Source of the DNA: Candidatus Bathyarchaeota archaeon
GTDB taxonomy: Archaea; Thermoproteota; Bathyarchaeia; Bathyarchaeales; Bathyarchaeaceae
Direction: 5' to 3'
NCBI GenBank assembly: GCA_020344435.1
Contig: CP070826.1
Location: forward strand, 941,569-978,075
DNA: 36,507 nucleotides
Positions 18,189-27,430 of this stretch are shown here, in pieces (the first letter of the stretch is position 1; every line of letters starts with the position of its first letter). Made by a program: the position numbers and the translations under genes. Below the pieces are notes generated by a model that did not search any database, had not been told where the DNA came from, and worked only from the letters and a program-made list of their open reading frames with translations.

Positions 18189-18736
18189 TCAACTCTCTCC
18201 TTCATGACAGACATGACATCTCTAGGTTCTAAGATTGACAATCCGGTCAATCTTCCAACGACTTCTACAAGAATAATTTTGCTGGGATTCTCCAAATCCA
18301 CTTTTCTCTCAACGTTTGCAGCGGCAGCTTCAACGATTTCTTTCGAAGAAAGCTCCGTAAACCTTTTCTCAACTGTTACCCGGAATGTCTCATCCTCTTC
18401 TATTTCGGAAGCGAGCTTTGTGGCTACTCTCTCGATCTCTCCTAACTCTGTACGCACGACTCTCTGGATTGGAGTAACTCTGAGTGTATGTCGGAATTCC
18501 CCTGGCCGTTTCTCCAATATATCTCGAAGCTTTTCGATTACCTGAACAGGGTTGAGGGCGGTCTTGGCCACTATTAGACCTGACACACCTGTCTTTTCCA
18601 CCTGGACCATCGCATCTCCTATCTCTCTCAATAGATACCAGATCTCAGAGCACAAATCCTCCTCATTTCCACGCGAAGTCGTGACGACTAGGTTGAAATC
18701 TCTCAGCAATCCCGTTTGCCTCAGGAGCCATATCAT
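18179..18736 (-). CDS. Stand-alone THUMP domain protein (putative tRNA-binding)
   Basis: FNLVVTTSRGNEE...E......, FRVTVEKR and KIILVEVVG fit the ferredoxin-like plus THUMP pattern. Start is ambiguous: ATG 18763 overlaps tsaC by 22 nt, ATG 18736 lies 5 nt after the tsaC stop, and TTG 18709 gives MLRDFNLVV. The 3' end overlaps cgi121 convergently by 10 nt. Confidence 0.75.
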   Translation of the reverse strand: MIWLLRQTGLLRDFNLVVTTSRGNEEDLCSEIWYLLREIGDAMVQVEKTGVSGLIVAKTALNPVQVIEKLRDILEKRPGEFRHTLRVTPIQRVVRTELGEIERVATKLASEIEEDETFRVTVEKRFTELSSKEIVEAAAANVERKVDLENPSKIILVEVVGRLTGLSILEPRDVMSVMKERVDHR

Positions 18737-18741
18737 AATAG

Positions 18742-19359
18742 CTATTGAAGAGTATGCATACATGCCAAAATATCCTTGAAGGCTATACCTCCTCGTCGTA
18801 AGACCCTTGGTTTCTCCTTGGTCAAGTCAACTACTGTCGATGGCTGTCCCAGTGGCGCTGGTCCTCCATCTAGAATTGCGTCCACCTCTTCTCCTAGCTG
18901 TTCTAGAGCCTCGCTGGCGGTACTGGCTGGTCTGCATCCCGTTTTGTTGGCACTAGTCCCTACCAGAAGGCCCTCTGATCCACGGATCAGCTGAGCCGCA
19001 ACATCATTCTCTGGTATCCTCACACCAACTGAATCCAAATTGCAGGTGACAAGGCCTGGTAGGGCTGGGGTCTTTGGTACTATAATTGTGAGGGGTCCTG
19101 GCCAGAACTCTGCAGCAAGTCTTCGAACCACATCTGACAGCCGAGCTATCTTCTCTATGTCAGTAACAGAACATAAAAGAATAGGTAGCGGCTTCTTTCT
19201 TCCACCCTTGGCGGCAAAAACGCGGTTCACAGCATTCGCGTCCAGAGGATTGCAGCCCAACCCATAAACGGTGTCTGTAGGATACACAACTAAACCCCCA
19301 TTTTTCACTATCCTCGAGGCTACCCGAATGTTTTCTGACGTCGCCTTTAGGAAACGCAT
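18742..19359 (-). CDS. tsaC: L-threonylcarbamoyladenylate synthase, short YrdC/TsaC-type (no Sua5 C-terminal domain)
   Basis: GGLVVYPTDTVYGLGCNP, AKGGRKKPLPIL, GPLTII, SANKTG and STVVDL are YrdC-domain motifs. I used the start at ATG 19359 (MRFLKATSE...). The 83-codon upstream extension in the ORF track looks non-coding and runs into the divergent promoter region. Confidence 0.88.
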   Translation of the reverse strand: MRFLKATSENIRVASRIVKNGGLVVYPTDTVYGLGCNPLDANAVNRVFAAKGGRKKPLPILLCSVTDIEKIARLSDVVRRLAAEFWPGPLTIIVPKTPALPGLVTCNLDSVGVRIPENDVAAQLIRGSEGLLVGTSANKTGCRPASTASEALEQLGEEVDAILDGGPAPLGQPSTVVDLTKEKPRVLRRGGIAFKDILACMHTLQ

Positions 19360-19560
19360 ACTTCTCTCTCTTCTATGCACGCATGTGGAGTGAGTGAATA
19401 TTAATATCCTTTCACTATTCCAAGACGAGGCATTCTGTCTACCAACTAGATAGTGTTCAGCTCTGGATTCTCTTCCAGTTTCCTTCCTAAGACGCCTCAG
19501 CATAGACTTTAAATGCCCATTCAGAACTGTAATCCTCTCAATTTGACTACAGGTGTGATC

Positions 19561-20520
19561 ATGCAGAAACCGGTGATAGTTGTCCACGGTGGCGCTGGTA
19601 CGTGGCAACCAGAAAGGAAGAGTGCCGGACTCGCAGGCGTGAAAGAGGCTGCCGCAGCCGGATTTGATGTCCTAAGAGCTGGAGGCAGCGCTCTCGACGC
19701 AGTCGAGTCAGCCGTTGTAACGATGGAAAACAACGAAATCTTCAACGCGGGACACGGATCAACGTTAACAATTGACAAGCGCATAGAGATGGAGGCGTCT
19801 ATAATGGATGGAAAGACTCTCAACGCCGGAGCCGTCGGACTCCTAAGGAACATCAAGAATCCGACTCGCTTGGCAAGAATTATCATGGAGAAAACCGATC
19901 ACGTATTCATTATAGGAGAAGGCGCCGAGAAACTCGCTGGACTCTTCAAACTAGAAATAGCCAGCCCATTCACCGAACTGAGGAGGCGATATTGGGCGGA
20001 AACCATGGAAAAACTAATGCGGGGAGACCATGATTACCTACCCAAACTACACAAGTTGGCAGCTTCCAACCCCCAACTCTTCGACCTAGGGACTGTTGGA
20101 GCAGCAGCTTTGGACAAAGATGAAAACCTTGCAGCCGCAACATCAACTGGAGGGTTCTCCCTGAAGTTTCCAGGAAGAATCGGAGACTCTCCCCTGATTG
20201 GATGCGGCACATACGCAGACAATGAGGCTGGAGCCTCCTCGACAACTGGGATAGGCGAGATCGCGGTGAAACTCGTCTTGGCCAAGAACGCATGCGATTC
20301 TATGCGGAATGGAGAAACCGCCCAGGAAGCTGCAGAAAGCTCGATAAGACTTGTGAATCGCAGGATGAGTGGAGGATCCATGGGTTTAATCACGCTAGAC
20401 GTGGCAGGTAGAATCGGTGCAGCTCACAACTCTCGGAATCTCTGCTGGGCATACATGACCCCGAAAACTCGTCACCCAAAGACCGCCTTGACGGCGAGAA
20501 TCGTGGAAGAAACAACTTAG
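19561..20520 (+). CDS. Isoaspartyl peptidase / plant-type L-asparaginase (Ntn hydrolase)
   Basis: VIVVHGGAG, NAGHGS, the autocleavage site DLGTVGAAALD and GIGE. Start at ATG 19561 (MQKPVIVVHGG). Confidence 0.9.
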   Translation: MQKPVIVVHGGAGTWQPERKSAGLAGVKEAAAAGFDVLRAGGSALDAVESAVVTMENNEIFNAGHGSTLTIDKRIEMEASIMDGKTLNAGAVGLLRNIKNPTRLARIIMEKTDHVFIIGEGAEKLAGLFKLEIASPFTELRRRYWAETMEKLMRGDHDYLPKLHKLAASNPQLFDLGTVGAAALDKDENLAAATSTGGFSLKFPGRIGDSPLIGCGTYADNEAGASSTTGIGEIAVKLVLAKNACDSMRNGETAQEAAESSIRLVNRRMSGGSMGLITLDVAGRIGAAHNSRNLCWAYMTPKTRHPKTALTARIVEETT

Positions 20521-20640
20521 GAATCACTTGCTTCCTCAACTGTTCTTGGATAATTTGATATAGAAACCCTTAAAAAGAGACCATATGTTTTGACTAAACT
20601 CAATCGAACCGCAAAATAACAACAAAGGAGGTGAAAATCT

Positions 20641-20727
20641 GTGGAGGATGAGGTGGAGGAAGAGGAGGAGGAATGGAAGGAAGAAGAGTTGGAAGAGGAG
20701 GAGGAATGGGAGGAAGAAGAATGGTAG
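20641..20727 (+). CDS. Candidate micro-ORF: 28-aa hyper-acidic Trp-containing peptide MEDEVEEEEEEWKEEELEEEEEWEEEEW
   Basis: GGAGGTGA (20627-20634) lies 6 nt before GTG 20641. The TAG stop at 20725-20727 is followed by two T6 tracts. A TATA-like CCTTAAAAAG sits at 20568-20577. The coding status of a GA-repeat is intrinsically uncertain, and two other frames/strands are also open. Confidence 0.3.
   Translation: MEDEVEEEEEEWKEEELEEEEEWEEEEW
20659..20724 (+). repeat. Tandem 33-nt purine repeat x2 (GAAGAGGAGGAGGAATGG-RAG-GAAGAAGA...)
   Basis: Units 20659-20691 and 20692-20724 are identical at 30 of 33 positions by eye. The whole tract is almost pure purine on the plus strand. Confidence 0.8.
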
Positions 20728-20744
20728 CCCCTTCGTGAAGCGCC

Positions 20745-20766
20745 TTTTTTCATCGTTTCCTTTTTT
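20745..20766 (+). terminator. T-tract terminator candidate (T6 ... T6)
   Basis: CCTTTTTT (T6 at 20745-20750) and CCTTTTTT (T6 at 20761-20766) lie 18-40 nt after the micro-ORF stop. Archaeal terminators are oligo-T tracts. Confidence 0.35.
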
Positions 20767-20844
20767 AGAGTTAGTTCTGAACTAATAAGGACTAAAGTTT
20801 ACTATCTATCAATAAATTCCACAATCAAAGTGAACTGAAGAGAC

Positions 20845-22653
20845 ATGGTTCGAGTAGCTGTTCTTGATGAAGACCGATGCAAGCCCAAACATTGCGATAG
20901 GGCATGCTATCGCTTTTGTCCTAAGGTAAGGAGCAATATCGAGGCAATCCGATTTGAGAATAATAGACCACTTGTTGTTGAGGCCCTCTGTGTAGGCTGT
21001 GGCATCTGCATCAGAAAGTGCCCATTCGATGCCTTGTCAATTGTCAACCTCCCAGATGAACTTGAGAAGGAGTGCAGCCACAGATTTGGTCCAAACACCT
21101 TCAAACTCTTCCGTCTGCCTATACCCTCATCGGGTGTGGTGCTAGGTCTTCTTGGTCAGAACGGCATTGGAAAAACTACTGCTCTGAAAATTCTTTCAGG
21201 AGAAATCAAACTAAATCTGGGAAATCATGAAGAACCTCCAGAATGGTCAGCAATCATCCAAAACTTCCGAGGTTCAACTCTTCAGGAATACTTCCAAAGA
21301 TTAGGCGCCAACGAATTCAGAGTCGTACACAAACCCCAGTACGTAGATAAGATTCCACGTGTTGTTTCAGGGGAGGTTGGAGCTCTTCTAGAGAACGTAG
21401 ATGAACGGGGTACGTTAGCTCTTCTTGCAGAACAGCTCCAGCTTAAGACAGTCTGGGACAGGACTCTGGATGTTTTGAGCGGAGGTGAGCTACAGAGGGT
21501 CTCAATCGCTGCCACGATATGCCGCGAGGCGGATGTCTATCTGTTCGACGAGCCTTCCAGCTACCTAGATGTGAAGCAGCGTCTCCAGGCGGCAAGAGCG
21601 ATACGGGATCTGAATAAAGATGAGAAGACAGTCATCGTAGCAGAGCATGATCTGGCAATCCTGGACTATCTCTCTGACAGAATCTGCGTCTTCTATGGAA
21701 GTCCGCGAGTTTATGGTGTTGTATCCACTGTTCAGGGCGTGAGGGTTGGAATCAATGTTTACCTGCAAGGATTCATCTCCGATGAAAATGTCCGTTTCAG
21801 AGAGGCTCCAATAGTCTTCCACGTAAAGCCCCCCACGATAGGCTATGAAGCTGGAGAAACATTGCTGAGGTGGGACGGAATGAAGAAGTCGTTTGAGGAA
21901 TTCGAACTTTCCGTCGTGCCCGGAGACGCAAGGAAGGGTGAGGTTATCGGAATATTAGGGCCCAACGGCATCGGGAAAACAACCTTTGTCAGAATGCTTG
22001 CTGGAAACGAGAGACCCGATGGCAGGCGTGTGGCCCAATCTGAGTTGGCTGTGAGCTATAAACCCCAGTATATCTCGGCGAAGTACATGGGAACAGTTGG
22101 AGATCTGCTGAGAAACGTTGCAGAAGAGGACTTCACCACAAGTTGGTATGGAAGTGAGATTATCCAACCCCTAAATCTGCACCTGATCTTAGACCGTAAC
22201 ATAGCCGAGCTCAGTGGCGGAGAACTTCAGAAGGTCGCCATCGCCGCCTGCCTATCTAAGAAAGCCCAGCTTTATCTTCTGGACGAGCCGAGCGCTTATC
22301 TGGACGTAGAAGAGCGCCTAACCATGGCTCACACAATCAGACGGGTCGTTGAAAGTCGGAATGTCATAGCCTTCGTGGTCGAGCACGATGTCGTGGCGCA
22401 GGATTTCATCGCAGACCGACTCATGATATTTACGGGGGAGCCAGGACTCTTCGGCGTAGCCAATCCGCCAACTAATCTACGCAGAGGTATGAATACCTTT
22501 CTAAAGGACATGAAGATAACCTTTAGGAGAGACACTGTCACAAAAAGACCGAGAGTGAACAAGGAAGATTCAAAGCTCGACAGACATCAAAAAAAGATAG
22601 GGGAATACTACTACATACCTCTCCCGGGAAAAGAGGCACCAACCACAGCCTGA
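20845..22653 (+). CDS. abce1: ABCE1 / RNase L inhibitor (ribosome recycling ATPase)
   Basis: 602-aa ORF. The N-terminal double 4Fe-4S motif is CKPKHCDRACYRFCP and CVGCGICIRKCP. Two ABC cassettes are present (GQNGIGKTT/LSGGELQRV, GPNGIGKTT/LSGGELQKV). Confidence 0.96.
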   Translation: MVRVAVLDEDRCKPKHCDRACYRFCPKVRSNIEAIRFENNRPLVVEALCVGCGICIRKCPFDALSIVNLPDELEKECSHRFGPNTFKLFRLPIPSSGVVLGLLGQNGIGKTTALKILSGEIKLNLGNHEEPPEWSAIIQNFRGSTLQEYFQRLGANEFRVVHKPQYVDKIPRVVSGEVGALLENVDERGTLALLAEQLQLKTVWDRTLDVLSGGELQRVSIAATICREADVYLFDEPSSYLDVKQRLQAARAIRDLNKDEKTVIVAEHDLAILDYLSDRICVFYGSPRVYGVVSTVQGVRVGINVYLQGFISDENVRFREAPIVFHVKPPTIGYEAGETLLRWDGMKKSFEEFELSVVPGDARKGEVIGILGPNGIGKTTFVRMLAGNERPDGRRVAQSELAVSYKPQYISAKYMGTVGDLLRNVAEEDFTTSWYGSEIIQPLNLHLILDRNIAELSGGELQKVAIAACLSKKAQLYLLDEPSAYLDVEERLTMAHTIRRVVESRNVIAFVVEHDVVAQDFIADRLMIFTGEPGLFGVANPPTNLRRGMNTFLKDMKITFRRDTVTKRPRVNKEDSKLDRHQKKIGEYYYIPLPGKEAPTTA

Positions 22654-22739
22654 ACCAGAAACAACTACATAGCTAAAGTCTCAAGTCAAACGTGACGCGC
22701 TGAGTTCTACGCTCTGTTGAATATCACTCTCCAAAATTG

Positions 22740-22746
22740 TTTTTAA
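22740..22746 (+). promoter_or_regulatory. TATA-like box for tpiA
   Basis: TTTTTAA is centred about 25 nt upstream of GTG 22768, consistent with a leaderless transcript. Confidence 0.3.
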
Positions 22747-23460
<714 letters not shown>

Positions 23461-23540
23461 TTGGCTACTCACATACATGCGCAACTATGACTCATTACTA
23501 GTGTTCGCGAGGCTGTAACCAAGGCGCCAGGGACTGTTGA

Positions 23541-24422
23541 TTGAAGGTTGAGATTGAATGTGCAGGATGTCTTCTTCATAGAGGCTTGTTTCAAATCACA
23601 GAGGCAACAGATGATTGCGCTCTCCAGTTCGAAGTCACATCCGCCTTATTTCAGCTGTTCACCAAAGAGTTCCAACCAACCGCAGTTCCAGCTTACCTCG
23701 GCACGCAAAGAGATCGCCTAATACGGCGAATGACCGGCAACCCAGACCCTTACGCAAAGATAAAGCAGAGAAGCAACCAGAAAGCCCTCGAATTCTTTCC
23801 ATCTGTCAGAAAACTGGTCTCGAACGAGTCTTCCCCGGAGTTTAGATTCAGAAAGGCTTGCTTATGCTCCATCGTGGGAAACATCATGGAATTCGACATT
23901 CCAGGCCACACATTCAACTATGGAGACATCGAAAGACTGATTCAGAGGGCAGAGGACGATTTGGCTATCGACAACATTATTGAGATATTTGACACAGCCA
24001 AAGAGGCGGGGAGAATCCTCTATCTCACAGATAACGCTGGCGAGATAGTCTTTGACAAGCTACTGGTCCGCGAATTGAAGAGGCTTGGAGCGCATGTTAC
24101 TGTAGGAGTGAAGGGCGGGCCAATCATTAATGATGCCACTGTAGAAGACGCCAAATATATTGGTATGGATAGAATTGCTGATGCTCTGATCACTACAGGT
24201 ACAGACGCTGTTGGGCTGATGCCTGAACAGTGTTCCAATGAGTTTCTGAGTGCTTATGATTCAGTAGACCTAGTTTTGGCCAAGGGAATGGGGCATGCTG
24301 AGACTTTGACGGAGCTTAACTTGAGTCTTCCCCACGCTTTGCTGTTGCGAACCAAATGCCGACCAGTCGCCAATTTTCTCAACGTCGAAAAGGGAAAGAA
24401 CATCGCCAAGATAATGCTCTAA
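23541..24422 (+). CDS. DUF89 / ARMT1-like damage-control phosphatase
   Basis: The N-terminus MKVEIECAGCLL is as in archaeal DUF89. Also has the YLTDNAGEIVFDKLL metal-binding motif and KGMGHAET. TTG start. Confidence 0.85.
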   Translation: MKVEIECAGCLLHRGLFQITEATDDCALQFEVTSALFQLFTKEFQPTAVPAYLGTQRDRLIRRMTGNPDPYAKIKQRSNQKALEFFPSVRKLVSNESSPEFRFRKACLCSIVGNIMEFDIPGHTFNYGDIERLIQRAEDDLAIDNIIEIFDTAKEAGRILYLTDNAGEIVFDKLLVRELKRLGAHVTVGVKGGPIINDATVEDAKYIGMDRIADALITTGTDAVGLMPEQCSNEFLSAYDSVDLVLAKGMGHAETLTELNLSLPHALLLRTKCRPVANFLNVEKGKNIAKIML

Positions 24423-24640
24423 TCCGTTGCGCGCGCGGATGACTCTCTCTCGAAAAAGATTTCATTGCATACAATCAAATTGCACTCGATACCTACGTGG
24501 TGGGATGCTATCTTTTAATTTTATCTATGAGGCTGAGTTTGGCAAGATTGCTTTCTGATTCCGACGTGCTAGGCGGTGTTATGAAGAAGAGCGAAGTTCA
24601 CATATAGAACCATCCCTTCACATTAAGGCTGGATGATAGA

Positions 24641-26740
24641 ATGGAGGTCGACTTACCAAAGCTTTGTATCGAACCATCGCTTCTTTCAGATTTTGAACGA
24701 GCGATTCAAAGAGAATGGGTTGTAACAAATGGACTTGGCGGATACGCATCATCCACCATATTGGGCATCAACACGAGGAAGTATCACGGCCTCCTAGTGT
24801 CTGCCTTCGACCCACCTATAGATCGCAGAGTGCTTCTCACCAAGTTCGATGAGGAGATAGAGATTGAGAACAGAACGTATCCTTTGGGATCGAATGAGTT
24901 TAGAAGTGAGACCTACCCAAAGGGGTATGAATTCCTATCAAGATTCGCCTTGAGGCCCTTCCCAACATACGAGTATTCCATAAATGAAGTTCAACTTTTG
25001 AAAACAGTATTCATGCCGCACGGAAAGAGCGCCGCCATAGTGATCTACAAGGTTCACAATCCGACCAGAAGTGAAGTGTTGATTCGAATCTCACCCCTCG
25101 TCAATTCAAGACACTTTCACTCGGTAACCGACAAAGATGAGTTGGCTTGGAGCTTTGTTCAGAGACCCGCTGAACACGAAGTGATTATTAAACCGTCTAT
25201 CCCGCTATCAACCTTGATCATCTTCTCGAATGATGGCCAATATGTTCCGAGTGCGGGTGACTGGATCGAAGAGATGTACTTCAGAGTAGATGGTTCGCGA
25301 GGAGAAAGTTGTTTAGACGACTGTTTCAGGCCTGGATACTTCAAGTTGCAGGTTGCTTCTGAGGAGAGAAAGAAGTTTTTCGTCCTTGCTGTGGCTGGTA
25401 GGGATGAGACGGAGGCTAAGGCTGTTCTTTCTTCAATGCCCCGTGGGTTGGAGGAGATCGAAACCCTTCACAATCGAGAATTGAATCGTCGAGGAGATCT
25501 GTTGAGAAGATTCCAAGAGCGCCACAGAGATACTGAAATGAAGGATTGGTTGAGTTGGCTCATTCTGGCAACGGACTCCTTTATCGTCAACAGAGAGTCA
25601 ACCAGAAAGAAATCCATAATCGCAGGTTATCACTGGTTCGAAGATTGGGGCCGAGATGCACTGATCTCCCTGCCAGGACTAACCTTGGTGACGGACAGAT
25701 TCGAGGATGCAAAAGCGATTCTGTTGACCTTCAAGCGCTATTGTCACAAAGGCCTAGTTCCGAATAGATTTCCAGATCGGACTGGAGATAGGCCAGATTA
25801 CAATACAGTTGACGCTACATTATGGTACATTAATGCAGTGTTCCAGTTTCTCAAATACACTGGAGATTTCGCTTTTGTGCGCGAGGAACTGTGGGGCACA
25901 TTACAGTTGATTATTGATCATCATATTGAAGGAACACTGCACAAAATAGGTATGGACGACGATGGCTTGATCGTGCACGGTCCACAGCTGACTTGGATGG
26001 ATGCCATGACAGATGGTAGTTCTGTCACACCCAGAGAAGGAAAAGCCGTGGAGATCCAAGCCTTATGGTACAACGCCTTGAGAGTAATGGATCTACTCGC
26101 AAGACGCTTCGATCTTGACAAGAAGGCAGGGAAGTATTCTGATCTGGCTGAAAGGGCCAGAAACGCTTTCCTAGAGGAATTTTGGAACCCGCAGGAAGGC
26201 TGCCTATTTGATGTGGTAAACGGAGAGAAGAAGGGGTCATCACTGAGACCTAATCAGATAGTAGCTGTGTCGTTGGATTTTTCTATGCTTGAGAAGGCCA
26301 AGAGTGAGAGCGTAGTTGAGATCATCTGGAAGAGGTTGTGGACCACTCATGGCCTAAGAACTTTGCCTCCGAATGACGCAAATTACATCGGGAAATATCT
26401 CGGAGATTGGAATGATCGGAACAGAGCCTATCACAGCGGAACAATCTGGCCTTGGCTTGTAGGGCCTTTCACGACAGCATTTCTGAAAGTAAAGAATTAT
26501 GAGGATCGTTGGGGCCGATTTGCCTTCAAAACTTTCATACAGCCACTATTTCAACATGAAATTCACCAAGCTGGGCTTGGAACGGTAAGTGAGATATTTG
26601 ACGGTGATCCTCCGCACCTGTCTCGCGGATGCATAGCGCAGGCATGGAGTGTAGCCGAGCCTCTGAGGGCTCTTGTTGAGGATGTTTTGTTGAAGAGACC
26701 TCCCCACGAGAGACAGATCCTTGCTAGCGTCGGGAAGTAG
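24641..26740 (+). CDS. Glycogen debranching enzyme, archaeal type (amylo-alpha-1,6-glucosidase, GDE_N plus GDE_C)
   Basis: 699-aa ORF with WVVTNGLGGYAS, TRKYHGLL, GYHWFEDWGRDALISLPGL, TWMDA and AYHSGTIWPWL. Confidence 0.9.
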   Translation: MEVDLPKLCIEPSLLSDFERAIQREWVVTNGLGGYASSTILGINTRKYHGLLVSAFDPPIDRRVLLTKFDEEIEIENRTYPLGSNEFRSETYPKGYEFLSRFALRPFPTYEYSINEVQLLKTVFMPHGKSAAIVIYKVHNPTRSEVLIRISPLVNSRHFHSVTDKDELAWSFVQRPAEHEVIIKPSIPLSTLIIFSNDGQYVPSAGDWIEEMYFRVDGSRGESCLDDCFRPGYFKLQVASEERKKFFVLAVAGRDETEAKAVLSSMPRGLEEIETLHNRELNRRGDLLRRFQERHRDTEMKDWLSWLILATDSFIVNRESTRKKSIIAGYHWFEDWGRDALISLPGLTLVTDRFEDAKAILLTFKRYCHKGLVPNRFPDRTGDRPDYNTVDATLWYINAVFQFLKYTGDFAFVREELWGTLQLIIDHHIEGTLHKIGMDDDGLIVHGPQLTWMDAMTDGSSVTPREGKAVEIQALWYNALRVMDLLARRFDLDKKAGKYSDLAERARNAFLEEFWNPQEGCLFDVVNGEKKGSSLRPNQIVAVSLDFSMLEKAKSESVVEIIWKRLWTTHGLRTLPPNDANYIGKYLGDWNDRNRAYHSGTIWPWLVGPFTTAFLKVKNYEDRWGRFAFKTFIQPLFQHEIHQAGLGTVSEIFDGDPPHLSRGCIAQAWSVAEPLRALVEDVLLKRPPHERQILASVGK

Positions 26741-26765
26741 ATGCTTTTCTTGGCCTCTGGTGTCT

Positions 26766-26784
26766 GAGATTCTAGGAGAATCTG
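26766..26784. repeat. Short inverted repeat (A)GATTCT-AGG-AGAATC(T) between convergent genes
   Basis: 7-bp stem (26767-26773 with 26777-26783) and a 3-nt loop, 24 nt after the debranching-enzyme stop. It shares the AGATTCT core with the 27.45-kb boxes. It could be a terminator-type hairpin. Confidence 0.4.
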
Positions 26785-26829
26785 TTTCCAACACTCTTTG
26801 AGTATTATAATCTGATACTTGGTGTTCGC

Positions 26830-27120
26830 TTATATCACACTCAACTTTCCGTATCTTCCAACGTTCAGCTGAATCTCGCCTCTGAAGGAGGTTACATATC
26901 CGTTTTCGATCTTAATTGTGTCGTTTACATTGACTCTGTCGATTTGTTCGTTCCATAATGTCAACTTGATCGTGCCGGTTTCATCGCTAATGACGGTATC
27001 GGAAATGTTGTATGTAGTGTCCCCTGATCTTGAATGAACCTCACGTGGATCTGATTTTTCAATCACCTTTGCCACAATATCTACGCGCCTAATTCCATCC
27101 CTTAATTCCTCGATTTTCAT
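26830..27120 (-). CDS. ssb: Single OB-fold ssDNA-binding protein, crenarchaeal SSB type, no C-terminal tail
   Basis: 96-aa ORF. VISDETGTIKLTLWNEQ....VNDTIKIENGYVTSFRGEIQLNVG closely parallels the Sulfolobus SSB core (DETGRVKLTLW...[20 protein letters not shown]). GGTGA lies 6 nt upstream of the ATG. Confidence 0.8.
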   Translation of the reverse strand: MKIEELRDGIRRVDIVAKVIEKSDPREVHSRSGDTTYNISDTVISDETGTIKLTLWNEQIDRVNVNDTIKIENGYVTSFRGEIQLNVGRYGKLSVI

Positions 27121-27430
27121 CTCAGTTCACCTATTACTCACTTCCCGCGTATGCGATACCTGTTTTTCTGCAGTTTTCTAGGACATATACCTTTTTATCA
27201 CGTTCGCGAGCTGACTACTAAACAGAACAGGTTGAGTTCGCCTAGTGGGCCAGTAATGTAGAAGGGCTATTGATAATGGATATAAACTTTGTCAAATCCG
27301 ATAATTGTAAGATATAAACACCAGCTGAGCCTGCGCATGCTCTACAAAATCCCACTCTTCCCTAATATCGAAAAACCTAGGCGCCTATGTGCAAAGGCAA
27401 ATCTTTCAGACCTGCTAAACATAACCGCGC

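Noticed and set aside
19360-19608. 83-codon N-terminal extension of the tsaC ORF. The ORF track also gives over-long starts at 19513 (asparaginase), 16957 (PRT), 1825 (TFE-beta-like), 6090 (glycosyltransferase) and 30166 (PK_C-like).
   Set aside because: The extensions lack family-conserved sequence. They run across divergent promoter regions or into the preceding gene. In each case an internal start aligns with the canonical N-terminus.
20517-20753. 78-aa poly-Ser ORF on the minus strand (…SSSSHSSSSSNSSSFHSSSSSSTSSS…).
   Set aside because: It is the antisense reading of the GA tandem repeat. It has no SD or promoter context, its start sits inside the plus-strand T-tract, and its stop abuts the asparaginase stop. 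Its composition is an artefact of the CT repeat.
20648-20785. 45-aa Arg/Lys-rich ORF (MRWRKRRRNGRKKSWKRRRNGRKKNG…) in the +1 frame of the GA repeat.
   Set aside because: It has an ATG but no properly spaced SD, because the GGAGGTGA is 13 nt away and is followed first by the GTG. It also reads through both T-tract terminator candidates. I kept it only as an alternative to the acidic frame.
25081-25090. T-loop-like GATTCGAATC; similarly GGTTCGACTC near 17566. Both were checked as possible tRNA genes.
   Set aside because: Both lie inside well-supported CDSs (the debranching enzyme and the PRT). Neither has acceptor or anticodon stem complementarity around it. I found no tRNA in the window.
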